A stretch of 64,000 bases of DNA, from the NCBI GenBank assembly GCA_046713235.1, contig JBKKBZ010000116.1, forward strand, positions 2,742-66,741. The letters are read 5' to 3'. Each line of letters begins with the position of its first letter. Positions within the stretch are counted from its first letter, which is position 1. The notes under the pieces are model-generated. The model saw only the letters and a program-made list of their open reading frames with translations. It had not been told where the DNA came from and did not search any database. The position numbers were made by a program, and so were the translations under genes. Positions 44,731 to 54,216 of this stretch are shown here, in pieces. Source of the stretch: Actinomycetota bacterium. GTDB taxonomy: Bacteria; Actinomycetota; AC-67.

Positions 44731-46365
44731 TCATCCTCGGCTAGCCCGTTCGGGCCCGTCTCCCGGTAGACCCAGCAGTGCCTGTGCGACCAGGGGAACC
44801 GGCATGGACCCCTCGTTGAGCACCCGGTCGTGAAACTCCGTTAAAGAGAATTTCGGCCCCTCCCGCCGCTTGACCTCCCGGCGAAGCCGGAGGATTTCCT
44901 CCTTACCGATCGCGTAGGACATCTGATAGCCGGGGGTAAAGGCGTACCGGCGGACCTCTGCCTCGGCGTTCGGGCGCTCCACGTCGGCCTCGCGGACGAG
45001 CATGTCCACCGCCTCCTCGACGGTCATCGTCCCCTGATGCAGGCGCATGTCGATCACAACCCGGCACGCGCGCCACAGCTCGTCTTTTAACTGGCATAGG
45101 CGCGACTGCGGAGAGAGCAGCCCCTGCTCGTGGCCGAGCTCTTCGCAGTAGAACGCCCAGCCTTCGATGAGCAGCGGGGAGTCGCCCAGCCGCCGGACGC
45201 GCGACGGATGCCGGTTGGCCCGCGTGAGCTGGAGATGGTGGCCGGGATAGCCCTCATGCAGTGCCACGACGGGGATCGCCGCGCGGGCATGGTCTTTGAG
45301 TGCCTCGAGGTTCCCGTCTGGCGGGGTGACCCAGAAGATGCCGCGCTGATCCTCCTCGAACGCGCCCGGCACCGTATAGGCGGCGAAGGGCATGGTGTGG
45401 CGCCAGAACAGCGGTGTCGCCATGACGTCGAGCGGCGCGTCGGACGCCGGCGTCGCCAGGCGCCGATCCCGGACGACCTGTTCCGTCCAGCGCATCGCCT
45501 CGGCATACGCGTCCACGAGGGCGTCGGGCGACGGAACGTCCTTCTTCGTTTCGGCAACTGCCGAGCGCCAGTCGGGAAAGCCGAGCGACCCGGCGACGGC
45601 CGAGATCTCTTCGCCGATACGCCGAAGCATGTCCTCTCCGCGAAGTGCGATCTCGTCGGGTGCGTCGGGCAACAGGTGATGGGCGGCGACGATCCTCGAG
45701 AGCAACTCCGCACCGACGGCCGTCGGTGCGGTGCTCCGCGCCAGGTAATCGTCCCGAAGCCATGCGGCGTGCTCGCGTAGCGCCTCGGCCGCGGGCCCGG
45801 CGGCCTCGCGAACGGCGCGGCCTGCTGCGCCGAGCGGTTCCACCCATGCCGGTATCTCGTCCTCGATCAACCCCACGCCGCCTTCTGCCGATTGAATTGC
45901 CGTCTCCGTGAGCACGCGCGGGGTGTCGGTCAGCGTGGCACGTGATCGCGCCAGGTAGGCCGGGAGCTCTCCGAGCCGCCCGGCAAGTGATGCGGCGCGC
46001 TCGTGCGCCGGAGCGAACTCCCGCTGCATCAGGAAAAAAAGTCCGGTGAGCGCGAGATCGACCGCCTGATCCGGGTTCCGCTGCCACCATCGGGTGTCCT
46101 CGGCCTCGAGCAGCTCGGAATCCAGGAGATGAAGGAGGAAGCGACGGTCGATGCGGTCCGCCTGGGATGCGGGGGCCGTATCCTCTACCCCTCGCCGCAA
46201 CGCCCGGAGCGCCGATGCGTATGCGGCTACGGACTCGTCGGTGTAGGTCCCGAGATCGCCGTCGCGGTCGTGCAAACCGAGCAACGTACCGGCGACGGGA
46301 TGCGTCGAGGCAAGAAGCTCGATGAACCGGTGCCCGATTGACTCCAAAAGCTCGTGGGTAGTCAT
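44731..46365 (-). CDS. DUF885-family protein (metallopeptidase-like HExxH-related HEGYPGHH)
   Basis: ATG 46365 of ORF 44731..46419 overlaps the upstream gene stop (ATGA). Contains HEGYPGHHLQ. Confidence 0.78.
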   Translation of the reverse strand: MTTHELLESIGHRFIELLASTHPVAGTLLGLHDRDGDLGTYTDESVAAYASALRALRRGVEDTAPASQADRIDRRFLLHLLDSELLEAEDTRWWQRNPDQAVDLALTGLFFLMQREFAPAHERAASLAGRLGELPAYLARSRATLTDTPRVLTETAIQSAEGGVGLIEDEIPAWVEPLGAAGRAVREAAGPAAEALREHAAWLRDDYLARSTAPTAVGAELLSRIVAAHHLLPDAPDEIALRGEDMLRRIGEEISAVAGSLGFPDWRSAVAETKKDVPSPDALVDAYAEAMRWTEQVVRDRRLATPASDAPLDVMATPLFWRHTMPFAAYTVPGAFEEDQRGIFWVTPPDGNLEALKDHARAAIPVVALHEGYPGHHLQLTRANRHPSRVRRLGDSPLLIEGWAFYCEELGHEQGLLSPQSRLCQLKDELWRACRVVIDMRLHQGTMTVEEAVDMLVREADVERPNAEAEVRRYAFTPGYQMSYAIGKEEILRLRREVKRREGPKFSLTEFHDRVLNEGSMPVPLVAQALLGLPGDGPERASRG

Positions 46366-47948
46366 GTGCCGGAATCCTCTCTCGCTGTTCCGATCGGAGT
46401 GGCCCGCTCGATCTCCCACAGCGAAGCGTTCTCATTATAGGAAAGTCGAACGCGCTGGCCGGCCGCTCGGACGACGAATACGCGGCGCCGCACTCCATCG
46501 CGTTCCTCCAAGGCCCGCCACACGACGTCCTCGATCGGTATCTCGCGATCGCCCAGGAGGATGGCTCGCGGAGCCTCGTCGGCGCGCGACCCGGAATATG
46601 AGCGCACATTCACGAGCTCCCCTGCGGAGAAGGGGGACGCAATCGTTTCCTTTCGGGTAGCGGCAGGCTTGCGGTGTCCCCAGCGTCGCTCGAGCTTCCA
46701 TTCCCACACCGCGAATCCTCCTGCGCAGAGCAGGAACGCAAGCGCGATAGCCCCCACTGCCGCTCGTGTACCGGCGCCCAACCCGTATGCTGCCGCGATG
46801 ATCGCGATCCCGACTACCCGGGCGATATTGAACAGCACGTCGTAGACTGCGAAGGCTCGTCCCCGGACGTCATCGGCCATCTCCTGCTGGACGATCGTAT
46901 CCACGGGGATCTTGGCGAACGCATAGGCGACGCCGACGACACCGGCTCCGGCGACGAGAGTGACCCGGTTGAGGCTTACCACGCCGAGCGAAGCGCCGGC
47001 TGCGGCGATGAGAAGAGCCGCGGGAATCAGGATGTCGTGGCGCAGCCGTCGCCCCACAACGGGGACCAGGATGACTCCTGCGCCGATTCCGATCGCGAGG
47101 ACGGCGAGCAGACCGAAAGCGGACCCCTCGTCGAGCCGAAGCTCGGCGATAAAGTAGTGAACGATCACGCCAATCATCGCCCCGACCAGCACCTGCAAGA
47201 TCCCCACGGCCGTCAGACCGAAAACGACCCTGTGGTCGGCGCGAACACGGCGCAGGCCCTCCACCATCTCGTCGGTAACTTCCCGAAGCTCATCGCGCAC
47301 GGGGGCACGTCGTGGCGTGAACCCGCGATGAACCGGCACGAGCCGTGCGACCATTGCGCTGATGGCGAATGCGACCGCGGCGAGAAGCGAGGTCCGAATT
47401 CCCCCGATTACTGCCGAGACGGCGGAGCCGATGGCCTGGCCGGAGACGTTGGCAACTGCGCCGCCGGTGGTGGCGGCCGAGTTGGCTACGAGAAGGTCAT
47501 CCTCCGGGACAAGTTGCGGCAATGCTGCCGACATCGTCGCCAGGAAGAAGCGATTCGCGGAAAGCACGACCAGAACCACGGCGTAAAACGGGATGCTTCC
47601 GGTTCCGGCGACGGCGGCGGCCGCGGGAAGAAGCGCTGCGACCGCCGCGCGCAACAGCGGCACTCTGGTGAGGATCTTTCGGCGCTCCCACCGATCGATG
47701 AAGACGCCGACGAAAGGGCCGATCACGCTGAAGGGCACCAGGGTCACTGCGCTGATGACCAGCAGATCGACGACGGGGTTGGGACTCGCACGCTCGAAGA
47801 GCAGCACGGCGGCCGCCGAGAATTGGAATAGGCCGTCCCCGAACTGGGAGACGAGTCGTGCGGAAAAAAACCGTCGGAAGCCCGCACCGGCGAAGATCTC
47901 GCGGAGGCGCTCCAGCGTGCCGACGGCGTCCTGAGTGCCGCTCGACAC
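46362..47948 (-). CDS. MFS transporter with about 110-aa C-terminal soluble extension
   Basis: ORF 46362..48137. The preferred start GTG 47948 follows AGGAGGG and avoids overlap with ino1. There are 12 TM-type segments (FRRFFSARLVSQFGDGLF...), then a hydrophilic tail ...RSYSGSRADEAPRAILLGDREIPIEDVVWRALEE... Confidence 0.78.
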   Translation of the reverse strand: MSSGTQDAVGTLERLREIFAGAGFRRFFSARLVSQFGDGLFQFSAAAVLLFERASPNPVVDLLVISAVTLVPFSVIGPFVGVFIDRWERRKILTRVPLLRAAVAALLPAAAAVAGTGSIPFYAVVLVVLSANRFFLATMSAALPQLVPEDDLLVANSAATTGGAVANVSGQAIGSAVSAVIGGIRTSLLAAVAFAISAMVARLVPVHRGFTPRRAPVRDELREVTDEMVEGLRRVRADHRVVFGLTAVGILQVLVGAMIGVIVHYFIAELRLDEGSAFGLLAVLAIGIGAGVILVPVVGRRLRHDILIPAALLIAAAGASLGVVSLNRVTLVAGAGVVGVAYAFAKIPVDTIVQQEMADDVRGRAFAVYDVLFNIARVVGIAIIAAAYGLGAGTRAAVGAIALAFLLCAGGFAVWEWKLERRWGHRKPAATRKETIASPFSAGELVNVRSYSGSRADEAPRAILLGDREIPIEDVVWRALEERDGVRRRVFVVRAAGQRVRLSYNENASLWEIERATPIGTAREDSGT

Positions 47949-48009
47949 GGTGGTCAACCCTCCTGGTGGAGGATCCTGCCGGCCGCACCCACCGGCACCA
48001 TCTCGGCGA

Positions 48010-49179
48010 TTAGCGGAGGTCGGACGGAGCCAGCAGCGGTTCGCGCGTGCCGTTGGACGGTGCGAGTCCGTTGGGATGAGCGCCGTTTCCGGAGACCGGC
48101 GTGCCGACGATGAACTCCTCGACCAGCTTTCTTGCAACCTCGTCCGGGTACTGGGCGGGCGGGGACTTCATGAAGTACGAACTCGGCCCGACGAGCGGAC
48201 CGCCGATCCCCCGGTCGAGGGCGACCTTCGCGCACCTCACGGCGTCCACGACGATCCCCGCGGAGTTCGGCGAGTCCCACACCTCGAGCTTGAGGTCCAC
48301 CGTCAGTGGGACGTTTCCGAACTCTCGTCCCTCGAGCCGGATGTGCGCCCATTTGCGATCGCTCAACCAAGGAACGTGGTCGGACGGCCCGATGTGCACG
48401 TCGTCCTTACCGAGGCTCCGGCGCATGTTCGATGTGACGGCTTGCGTCTTGGAGATCTTCTTCGACTGGAGGCGCTCGCGCTCCAGCATGTTCATGAAGT
48501 CCATGTTGCCGCCGAAGTTCAGCTGGTACGTGTGGTCGAGATGCACGCCCCGGTCTTCAAAAAGCTTCGCGAGCACGCGATGCACGATCGTCGATCCCAG
48601 TTGACTCTTGATGTCGTCGCCGATGATCGGCAGGCCGGCGGTGCGGAATCGTGTCGCCCATTCCTCGCGCGATGCGATGAAGACGGGGATGCAGTTTACG
48701 AACGCAACGCCGGCTTCCAGGGCTGCCTCGGCGTAGAAGCGCGTCGCCATCTCGCTGCCGACGGGAAGGTACGAGACCAGGACGTCGGTGCCGGACTCGC
48801 GCAGCGCCGCGGCGACGTCGACCGGGTCCGACGGTGCTTCCTCCACCATCTCGCGGTAGAACTGACCGAGCCCGTCGAGAGTGTGTCCGCGAAGAACCTC
48901 GATGCCGACCGGCGGGACATCGGCGAATTGGATCGTGTTGTTCGGTGGCGCAACGATCGCCTCGGCGAGATCCCGGCCGACCTTCTTGGCGTCCACATCG
49001 AAAGCGGCGACGAACTCGATGTCGCCGACATGGTAACGGCCGAGTGAAACGTGCATGAGACCCGGAACATCGTCATCGGGCTGCGCCCCGGCGTAAAAAT
49101 GCACGCCTTGCACGAGCGACGAGGCGCAATTGCCGACACCGGCGATTGCGACCCGGACTTTCTTTGCCTCAATGCTCAT
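48010..49179 (-). CDS. ino1: myo-inositol-1-phosphate synthase
   Basis: ORF 48010..49179. Contains [27 protein letters not shown] and [10 protein letters not shown]. Confidence 0.93.
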   Translation of the reverse strand: MSIEAKKVRVAIAGVGNCASSLVQGVHFYAGAQPDDDVPGLMHVSLGRYHVGDIEFVAAFDVDAKKVGRDLAEAIVAPPNNTIQFADVPPVGIEVLRGHTLDGLGQFYREMVEEAPSDPVDVAAALRESGTDVLVSYLPVGSEMATRFYAEAALEAGVAFVNCIPVFIASREEWATRFRTAGLPIIGDDIKSQLGSTIVHRVLAKLFEDRGVHLDHTYQLNFGGNMDFMNMLERERLQSKKISKTQAVTSNMRRSLGKDDVHIGPSDHVPWLSDRKWAHIRLEGREFGNVPLTVDLKLEVWDSPNSAGIVVDAVRCAKVALDRGIGGPLVGPSSYFMKSPPAQYPDEVARKLVEEFIVGTPVSGNGAHPNGLAPSNGTREPLLAPSDLR

Positions 49180-49205
49180 CTACGTCCTCCTAATCGGTCC
49201 CGCGC

Positions 49206-49778
49206 TCAACCCATACCTTCGACGGGGCGTGCGGGCTGGGGCGGCGGGGTGCCGTTTCCGCTGGTTCCGTTCCGCTCGGCCTCGAGCATGCCGTCGAGCC
49301 AGCGAATGTCGTGCTCCGCTTCATCGACGCCGTACCGCATCAACTCGAGCGAGTAGGCGTCCATCTTGTCGCGCAGCCGCTTCAGGCTCGCCGCCATCTT
49401 CGTGAGACGGTCCTGCAAGTAGCCGCGCCGTCGTTCCAACAGTCTCCGTCGAGACTCCGGCCGCATGTAGCGGCTGAAAGCAAGGCGAAGCATGAACGCA
49501 TCGCGGTCGCTCACCTCTGGGGAGGCGGCCTCGAGCTGGTCGGTAAAGAGCTGCTCACCCTTCGCTGTGATGCGGTAGACATTCTTGCGGCGCGGGGTTT
49601 CCCCGGCCGGGGTTTCGAATTCCACGGCCTGGTCTCGAGCCAGACGCTTGAGAGTCGGATACAGCGACCCGTAGGAGAAGCGCCAGAAGTGCCCCAACTG
49701 CTCGTCGAGGTTTTTCTTGAGCTCGTAGCCGTGCATGGTCTTCTCCTTGAGAAGCCCCAACACTGCAAGCTCGAGCAT
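49206..49778 (-). CDS. PadR-family transcriptional regulator
   Basis: ATG 49778 of ORF 49206..49889 gives MLELAVLGLLKEKTMHGYELKKNL...SYGSLYPTLKRLARD (PadR wHTH). The longer ORF would translate the repeat array. Confidence 0.85.
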   Translation of the reverse strand: MLELAVLGLLKEKTMHGYELKKNLDEQLGHFWRFSYGSLYPTLKRLARDQAVEFETPAGETPRRKNVYRITAKGEQLFTDQLEAASPEVSDRDAFMLRLAFSRYMRPESRRRLLERRRGYLQDRLTKMAASLKRLRDKMDAYSLELMRYGVDEAEHDIRWLDGMLEAERNGTSGNGTPPPQPARPVEGMG

Positions 49779-49815
49779 TTGCGCTATCCTCCAGATCGCC
49801 ACGATCGGGCCGCCA

Positions 49816-49880
49816 CGATATCTCGGAACGATATATCGACGCGATATATCGACGCGATATATCGAGTCGATATATTGTCG
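49816..49880. repeat. five tandem 13-bp units centred on the palindrome CGATATATCG (putative operator array)
   Basis: Unit starts fall at 49816, 49829, 49842, 49855 and 49868. The units read CGATATCTCGGAA, CGATATATCGACG, CGATATATCGACG, CGATATATCGAGT and CGATATATTGTCG. The array lies in the 192-bp padR/DUF5318 divergent intergenic region. Confidence 0.9.
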
Positions 49881-49970
49881 GGGCTGCACCCTCGCCTGTC
49901 AAACACCACGGTCGGTGACCGAATTGCGTCCCTTGGGGTGCTTGCAGCCGGGCGTACAATGCGTTCCACC

Positions 49971-50333
49971 ATGGCAGCAGCGATCGACTACCGGATGGCG
50001 AAGCGAGCCATCCTGCGCCAGCTCCGCTACGGGCTTCTGTCCAGGCTAGATGTGTGCGACGCGCACCCCGAGCTTCTGCGCGCCGCCCGCCACATCGGGG
50101 TCGAGACCTCGGACGTGTGCCCGGTTTGTGAGAGGGAGTCTCTCCGCCTCGTCGTCTACACCTACGGCAAGGCACTGAAGCGAGGCAGCGGCCGCGTGCG
50201 CCGTCTCCAAGATCTTCACGAGTTGCGCCGCGAGGTCGACGAGTTCATCTGCTACGTGGTCGAGGTGTGCACCCGGTGCCAGTGGAACCATCTGGTGCGG
50301 TCCTACCTCACCGGACGCCGGCACGCCGTCTAG
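49971..50333 (+). CDS. small Cys4 protein, DUF5318/Rv0049-like
   Basis: ATG 49971 within ORF 49311..50333 gives MAAAIDYRMAKRAILRQL...CPVCERE...CTRCQWNHL. It holds the conserved position between padR and ponA. Confidence 0.75.
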   Translation: MAAAIDYRMAKRAILRQLRYGLLSRLDVCDAHPELLRAARHIGVETSDVCPVCERESLRLVVYTYGKALKRGSGRVRRLQDLHELRREVDEFICYVVEVCTRCQWNHLVRSYLTGRRHAV

Positions 50334-50419
50334 TACCGCTTTGTCCGGGCTTACCGCCCCCTCCTCCGCTTGGATGTCGGTTGTCCTGGGTAGCCTCGTC
50401 GCAGGAGGGAGTTTCAATC

Positions 50420-52516
50420 GTGAAGACACGACCACGGGCTCGGGCCTCACGCACCCCAATGAAGGGCCGCCGCGGACGCTCGCGCTTCGGTCTCGACGCG
50501 GCTCGGGTGAAGCGGTGGCTGATCTTCGCCGTCCCAGGGTCGCTCGTGCTTGTGTTGTTGCTGCTCGGCCTGGCGTACGCACTTGCCCGCGTGCCGGAGA
50601 CGTCCGACTTCGCGACGAGCCAATCGACGATCATCACCGACCGCTACAACCAGCCTTTCGCGCGGTTTCACGCTGAAGTCGATCGCTCGGACGTTCCGTT
50701 TGAGGAGATGCCGAAGTACCTGCGGGACGCGGTCATCGTTGTGGAAGACCGAACGTTCTACCGGCATGGCGGGGTCTCGGTCTCGTCCGTAATCCGAGCC
50801 GCATTCACGAACCTGGTTAACAGGGACGTGGTGCAAGGGGGGAGCACGATCACGCAGCAATACGTTAAGAACGCCTATGTCGGCCGGGAACGCACGTACT
50901 GGCGCAAGATCAAAGAGGTCATCGTTGCCATGAAGCTGGAGCGCTCGGCGTCGAAAGACGAGATCTTCGAGCAGTATCTGAACACTGTGTATTTCGGCGG
51001 GGGAGCATACGGTGTCGAGGCCGCCGCCAGAACCCATTTCGGCCGACCGGCAAAGGCGTTGTCGCTGTCGCAAGCCGCATTTCTGGCCGGAGCGATTCAC
51101 GCGCCACAGCGATACGCCGAGGATCCGGAACGCGCCCGGGAAAGACGCAACGCCGTGCTCGACACCATGGTCGACCTCGCCAAGATCTCGTCGAAGGATG
51201 CCGAGGCGGCGAAGGGGGAGACCCTGAGCTTCGTCCGGCGCCCACCCAACTTTGACACCTCGGTAGGGATCTATTTCGTCGAGGACGTGCGCAAGCAACT
51301 CATCGACGAGTTCGGGGAGAACAGGGTGTTTCGCGGAGGTCTTCGGGTGAGGACGACGCTCGATTTCAAGATGCAGCTGGCCGCCGAGGAGGCGGTGCGC
51401 AAGACACTCGATCGCCCCGACGACCCCGAGGCGGCCCTGGTCGCGGTCGAGCCGCAAACGGGGGCAGTGCGTGCGCTGGTCGGAGGTCGCGACTTCGCGC
51501 GCCAAAAGATGAACCTCGCGACTCAGGGCCGCGGCAGGCAACCGGGAAGTGCGTTCAAGCCGTTCATCCTCGCGGCGGCGCTCGATGAGGGGACGTCGAT
51601 TAAATCGACTTTCCGGGCGCCGTTTTCCATCGTGCTGAAAACCGGGTTCGAGCCGTGGGACGTGTCGAACTACGACGAGCGCGACTACGGAACCCTCGAT
51701 CTTCTCGACGCCACCGCTTTCAGCGTTAACACCGTCTACGCGCAGCTCATTCTCGAGGTCGGGCCACGCGCAGCTGCGCAGGCTGCCCAGCGCGCCGGGA
51801 TCACCAGCCCGATGTCGGCAGTGCCCTCACTTGCCCTGGGGACGAAAGAGGTGAAGCCGATCGAGCTCGCCGGCGCGTACGCGACGTTCGCCAACCGCGG
51901 CCTGCATCTTGCGCCGCACCTGATCGAGCGCGTGGTCGCCCCCGACGGAGAGGTCCTCTTCGAGGCTGAGATCGAGCCGGTGCGGGCTTTCGAAGAGAGG
52001 GTTGCGAACACCGTCAACTACGCGCTGCGCAACGTGATCGAAAGGGGCACGGGTCGCAGTGCCGCGTTCGGCCGGCCGGCAGCCGGAAAGACGGGTACGA
52101 CCGAGTTCCACGTCGACGCCTGGTTCGCGGGGTACACGCCCGAGCTTGCCGCCGCGGTGTGGATGGGGTACCCGCAGGGTGGGAAACGTATGGAGAACGT
52201 GCGCGGGGCCGCCGTGGTGGGAGGGTCGTTCCCCGCGCAGATCTGGCGCGCGTTCATGTCGGCGGTGCACAACGGAAAGCCGATCACCGATTTTGGCAAG
52301 CCGGATCTCGGCGGGGCGGTGGCATCATCGACGCCGTCGGTGGCGCCGTCACCGAGCCCGAGTGCGACCACTATTCCTCCCTCGTCGTTCTCGCCGGCAC
52401 CCTCGCTCCCGCCGAAGAAGACGAAGCCGCCGTCGCCCGGACCCTCCCCCACGTCCTCGCAGAGTTCCTCGCCGACGCCGACGCCGACGCCGGCGCCGGC
52501 ACCCGGTCCCACCTAG
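50420..52516 (+). CDS. ponA: class A penicillin-binding protein (transglycosylase/transpeptidase)
   Basis: ORF 50267..52516. The preferred start GTG 50420 follows GGAGGGAG. GT51 motifs: VVVEDRTFYRHGG and GGSTITQQYVKN. TPase motifs: SAFKP, SVN and KTGTT. The C-terminus is a Pro/Ser-rich tail. Confidence 0.93.
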   Translation: MKTRPRARASRTPMKGRRGRSRFGLDAARVKRWLIFAVPGSLVLVLLLLGLAYALARVPETSDFATSQSTIITDRYNQPFARFHAEVDRSDVPFEEMPKYLRDAVIVVEDRTFYRHGGVSVSSVIRAAFTNLVNRDVVQGGSTITQQYVKNAYVGRERTYWRKIKEVIVAMKLERSASKDEIFEQYLNTVYFGGGAYGVEAAARTHFGRPAKALSLSQAAFLAGAIHAPQRYAEDPERARERRNAVLDTMVDLAKISSKDAEAAKGETLSFVRRPPNFDTSVGIYFVEDVRKQLIDEFGENRVFRGGLRVRTTLDFKMQLAAEEAVRKTLDRPDDPEAALVAVEPQTGAVRALVGGRDFARQKMNLATQGRGRQPGSAFKPFILAAALDEGTSIKSTFRAPFSIVLKTGFEPWDVSNYDERDYGTLDLLDATAFSVNTVYAQLILEVGPRAAAQAAQRAGITSPMSAVPSLALGTKEVKPIELAGAYATFANRGLHLAPHLIERVVAPDGEVLFEAEIEPVRAFEERVANTVNYALRNVIERGTGRSAAFGRPAAGKTGTTEFHVDAWFAGYTPELAAAVWMGYPQGGKRMENVRGAAVVGGSFPAQIWRAFMSAVHNGKPITDFGKPDLGGAVASSTPSVAPSPSPSATTIPPSSFSPAPSLPPKKTKPPSPGPSPTSSQSSSPTPTPTPAPAPGPT

Positions 52517-52566
52517 CGCGCGTCGGTTGATACCGCGGCTGCGGGGAAGAGACCGTGGCGGGTCGG

Positions 52567-54216
52567 TCAGTCCAGCGCGAAGATCAGCAGCCGGCCGGAT
52601 CGACGTTTGCGCATGCCGTCCGGGAGCGGCCGGCCGGCGACGTTGTGCAAGCGCGTTCCCGGCACGAGATCAAGGTGCACGATCACCACGTCGACGCCGT
52701 AGGCGCGCAGGGCGCGCACGGAACGCTCGTCGGGGAAATCGCCGATCTGTGCGGCGAGTCGTTCGAGCCTCGGCGGAGAAAACCCCGAGTAACCGTTTGC
52801 CATCGCCGGGAAGGCCTGCGTCGTCCAGAGCATGTAGAGCCCCTGGCTCGGGTCCCCGACGTTCAGTGGTAGGTGAAGTTGCAGACGGCCGGAGACCGTC
52901 TCGATCCCCGGCGGCGGCTCGGGTACCGCTGCCGTTGGGATAGGCGCGCCGAGCCCTTCGATCGAGACCGCGAGCCCCAAGACGAGGAGCGAGTAACGGT
53001 GGTGGCCGGCGATCCGCTCGGCTCCGGCGGCCGCAAGGAGCCCAAGAGGTAGCGCCGCGAGTGCCATCAGCCGGCCCGGAGTCCGTGAGGAGTCGAAACC
53101 AGGCGCGAACTCGAGCAAGGCGCGGTAGGGATAGAAGCGCCCCGGACCCTCGACGTGCGCGCCCAAGGCGAGGGCTACGAGAGTGATCGATGCGGCGGCG
53201 AGTGCGAGCCTCCGTCGCTTGCCCCACGCTCCCCAGGTGGCGCCGACGAAGGCGAGAATCGGGACGACGAGGCCGGGGAATACGGCGTGCTCGGGCGGAT
53301 AGCTCACCCGATCGCGAAACGGCCGGGTAACTCCGGCCCAGGTTCGCGACTGCTCGGTGGCGGCGAGAAGCCCGGCGACGGGCGGTGAGAAAAGTGACAC
53401 GTCCCCGAGGCCGCGCCGGGACTCCGGATGGCGATCGGCTACGCGCAGATACGGCCGCGCCATCACGGCGGCGGCGAGGAGGAACACGGTGATCCCTGCG
53501 ACGCTGGCGGTCAGGATGGCCGCCGGCGGACGTTCTCGCCTTTTGATCAGCATGACGGAGTACCCCAGCGCAACGGCTGCCAGTCCGTAGCTGAAGGGGA
53601 CGCCGATCGTCCAGGAGATGGTCACCTGCCACGCCGCAACCAGCCAGCCGCTAATGATCGTTCCGGGACGGCGTCTCCGGTACCCGCGAACGAGGAGGAA
53701 GAACGCGAGCGCCGCCGGGCCGCTCCACAGGACGTGAAGGTGTCCGCCTTGGCTCAGGCGGAAGGGCGCATACGCAAACGCTATACCTGCGACGGCGGCC
53801 GCTCCCGGTCGGGCGCCGAGTTCGCGCGCAAGAAGATACGCGCCCAGCAATGCCACGACGTATGCGCCGATCCAAAGCAGCCCGTGGCGAATCAGCGCAG
53901 ACCGCATTCCTCGCCCGCCGATGTTGAAGGGCGCCAGACCGAGAAGAGAGTCGGTGAATGCCAGCGTGTCGCGCTCGGGTCGAAAGATGTTTGCCTGGAA
54001 GGTCCGCGCTTCGGAGCGCAGGGCGTGGCCGCCCCAGGCGGTCTGCCACGTCGTGAGCACGGGGTCGCCGAGGTCGTACGGCACGTGTGTGGCAAGTCGT
54101 GCCGGAAGGGGCCACGACATCGCGAGTGCGAGGATCCAGGCCGCGACGACGACGACGACGACCTCCCGCCGGGTTACGCTTGTCTGGTCATCGTGTTCGG
54201 ACGCGAGACTGTTCAC
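52567..54216 (-). CDS. GT-C-fold-like polytopic membrane protein (putative glycosyltransferase)
   Basis: GTG 54216 of ORF 52567..55182 overlaps the upstream stop (GTGA). The N-terminal loop reads HVPYDLGDPVLTTWQTAWG, followed by many TM segments and a C-terminal soluble domain. The upstream 322 codons of the long ORF overlap the neighbouring gene out of frame. Confidence 0.65.
   Translation of the reverse strand: MNSLASEHDDQTSVTRREVVVVVVAAWILALAMSWPLPARLATHVPYDLGDPVLTTWQTAWGGHALRSEARTFQANIFRPERDTLAFTDSLLGLAPFNIGGRGMRSALIRHGLLWIGAYVVALLGAYLLARELGARPGAAAVAGIAFAYAPFRLSQGGHLHVLWSGPAALAFFLLVRGYRRRRPGTIISGWLVAAWQVTISWTIGVPFSYGLAAVALGYSVMLIKRRERPPAAILTASVAGITVFLLAAAVMARPYLRVADRHPESRRGLGDVSLFSPPVAGLLAATEQSRTWAGVTRPFRDRVSYPPEHAVFPGLVVPILAFVGATWGAWGKRRRLALAAASITLVALALGAHVEGPGRFYPYRALLEFAPGFDSSRTPGRLMALAALPLGLLAAAGAERIAGHHRYSLLVLGLAVSIEGLGAPIPTAAVPEPPPGIETVSGRLQLHLPLNVGDPSQGLYMLWTTQAFPAMANGYSGFSPPRLERLAAQIGDFPDERSVRALRAYGVDVVIVHLDLVPGTRLHNVAGRPLPDGMRKRRSGRLLIFALD

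Noticed and set aside
45254-46609. 451-aa minus-strand ORF rich in Arg/Gly/Pro
   Set aside because: It is out of frame over the DUF885 gene and the MFS 3' end. The composition is typical of a shadow frame in GC-rich DNA.
49816-49880. Possible CRISPR array
   Set aside because: The 13-bp units are directly abutting with no spacers, and there are no cas genes. This is a tandem repeat or operator array, not CRISPR.
49779-49889. Longer PadR ORF start (ATG 49889), translating to YIDSIYRVDISRRYIVPRY
   Set aside because: The peptide repeat is simply the translation of the 13-bp DNA repeat array. The PadR wHTH begins at the ATG at 49778, which has an upstream GGAGGA.
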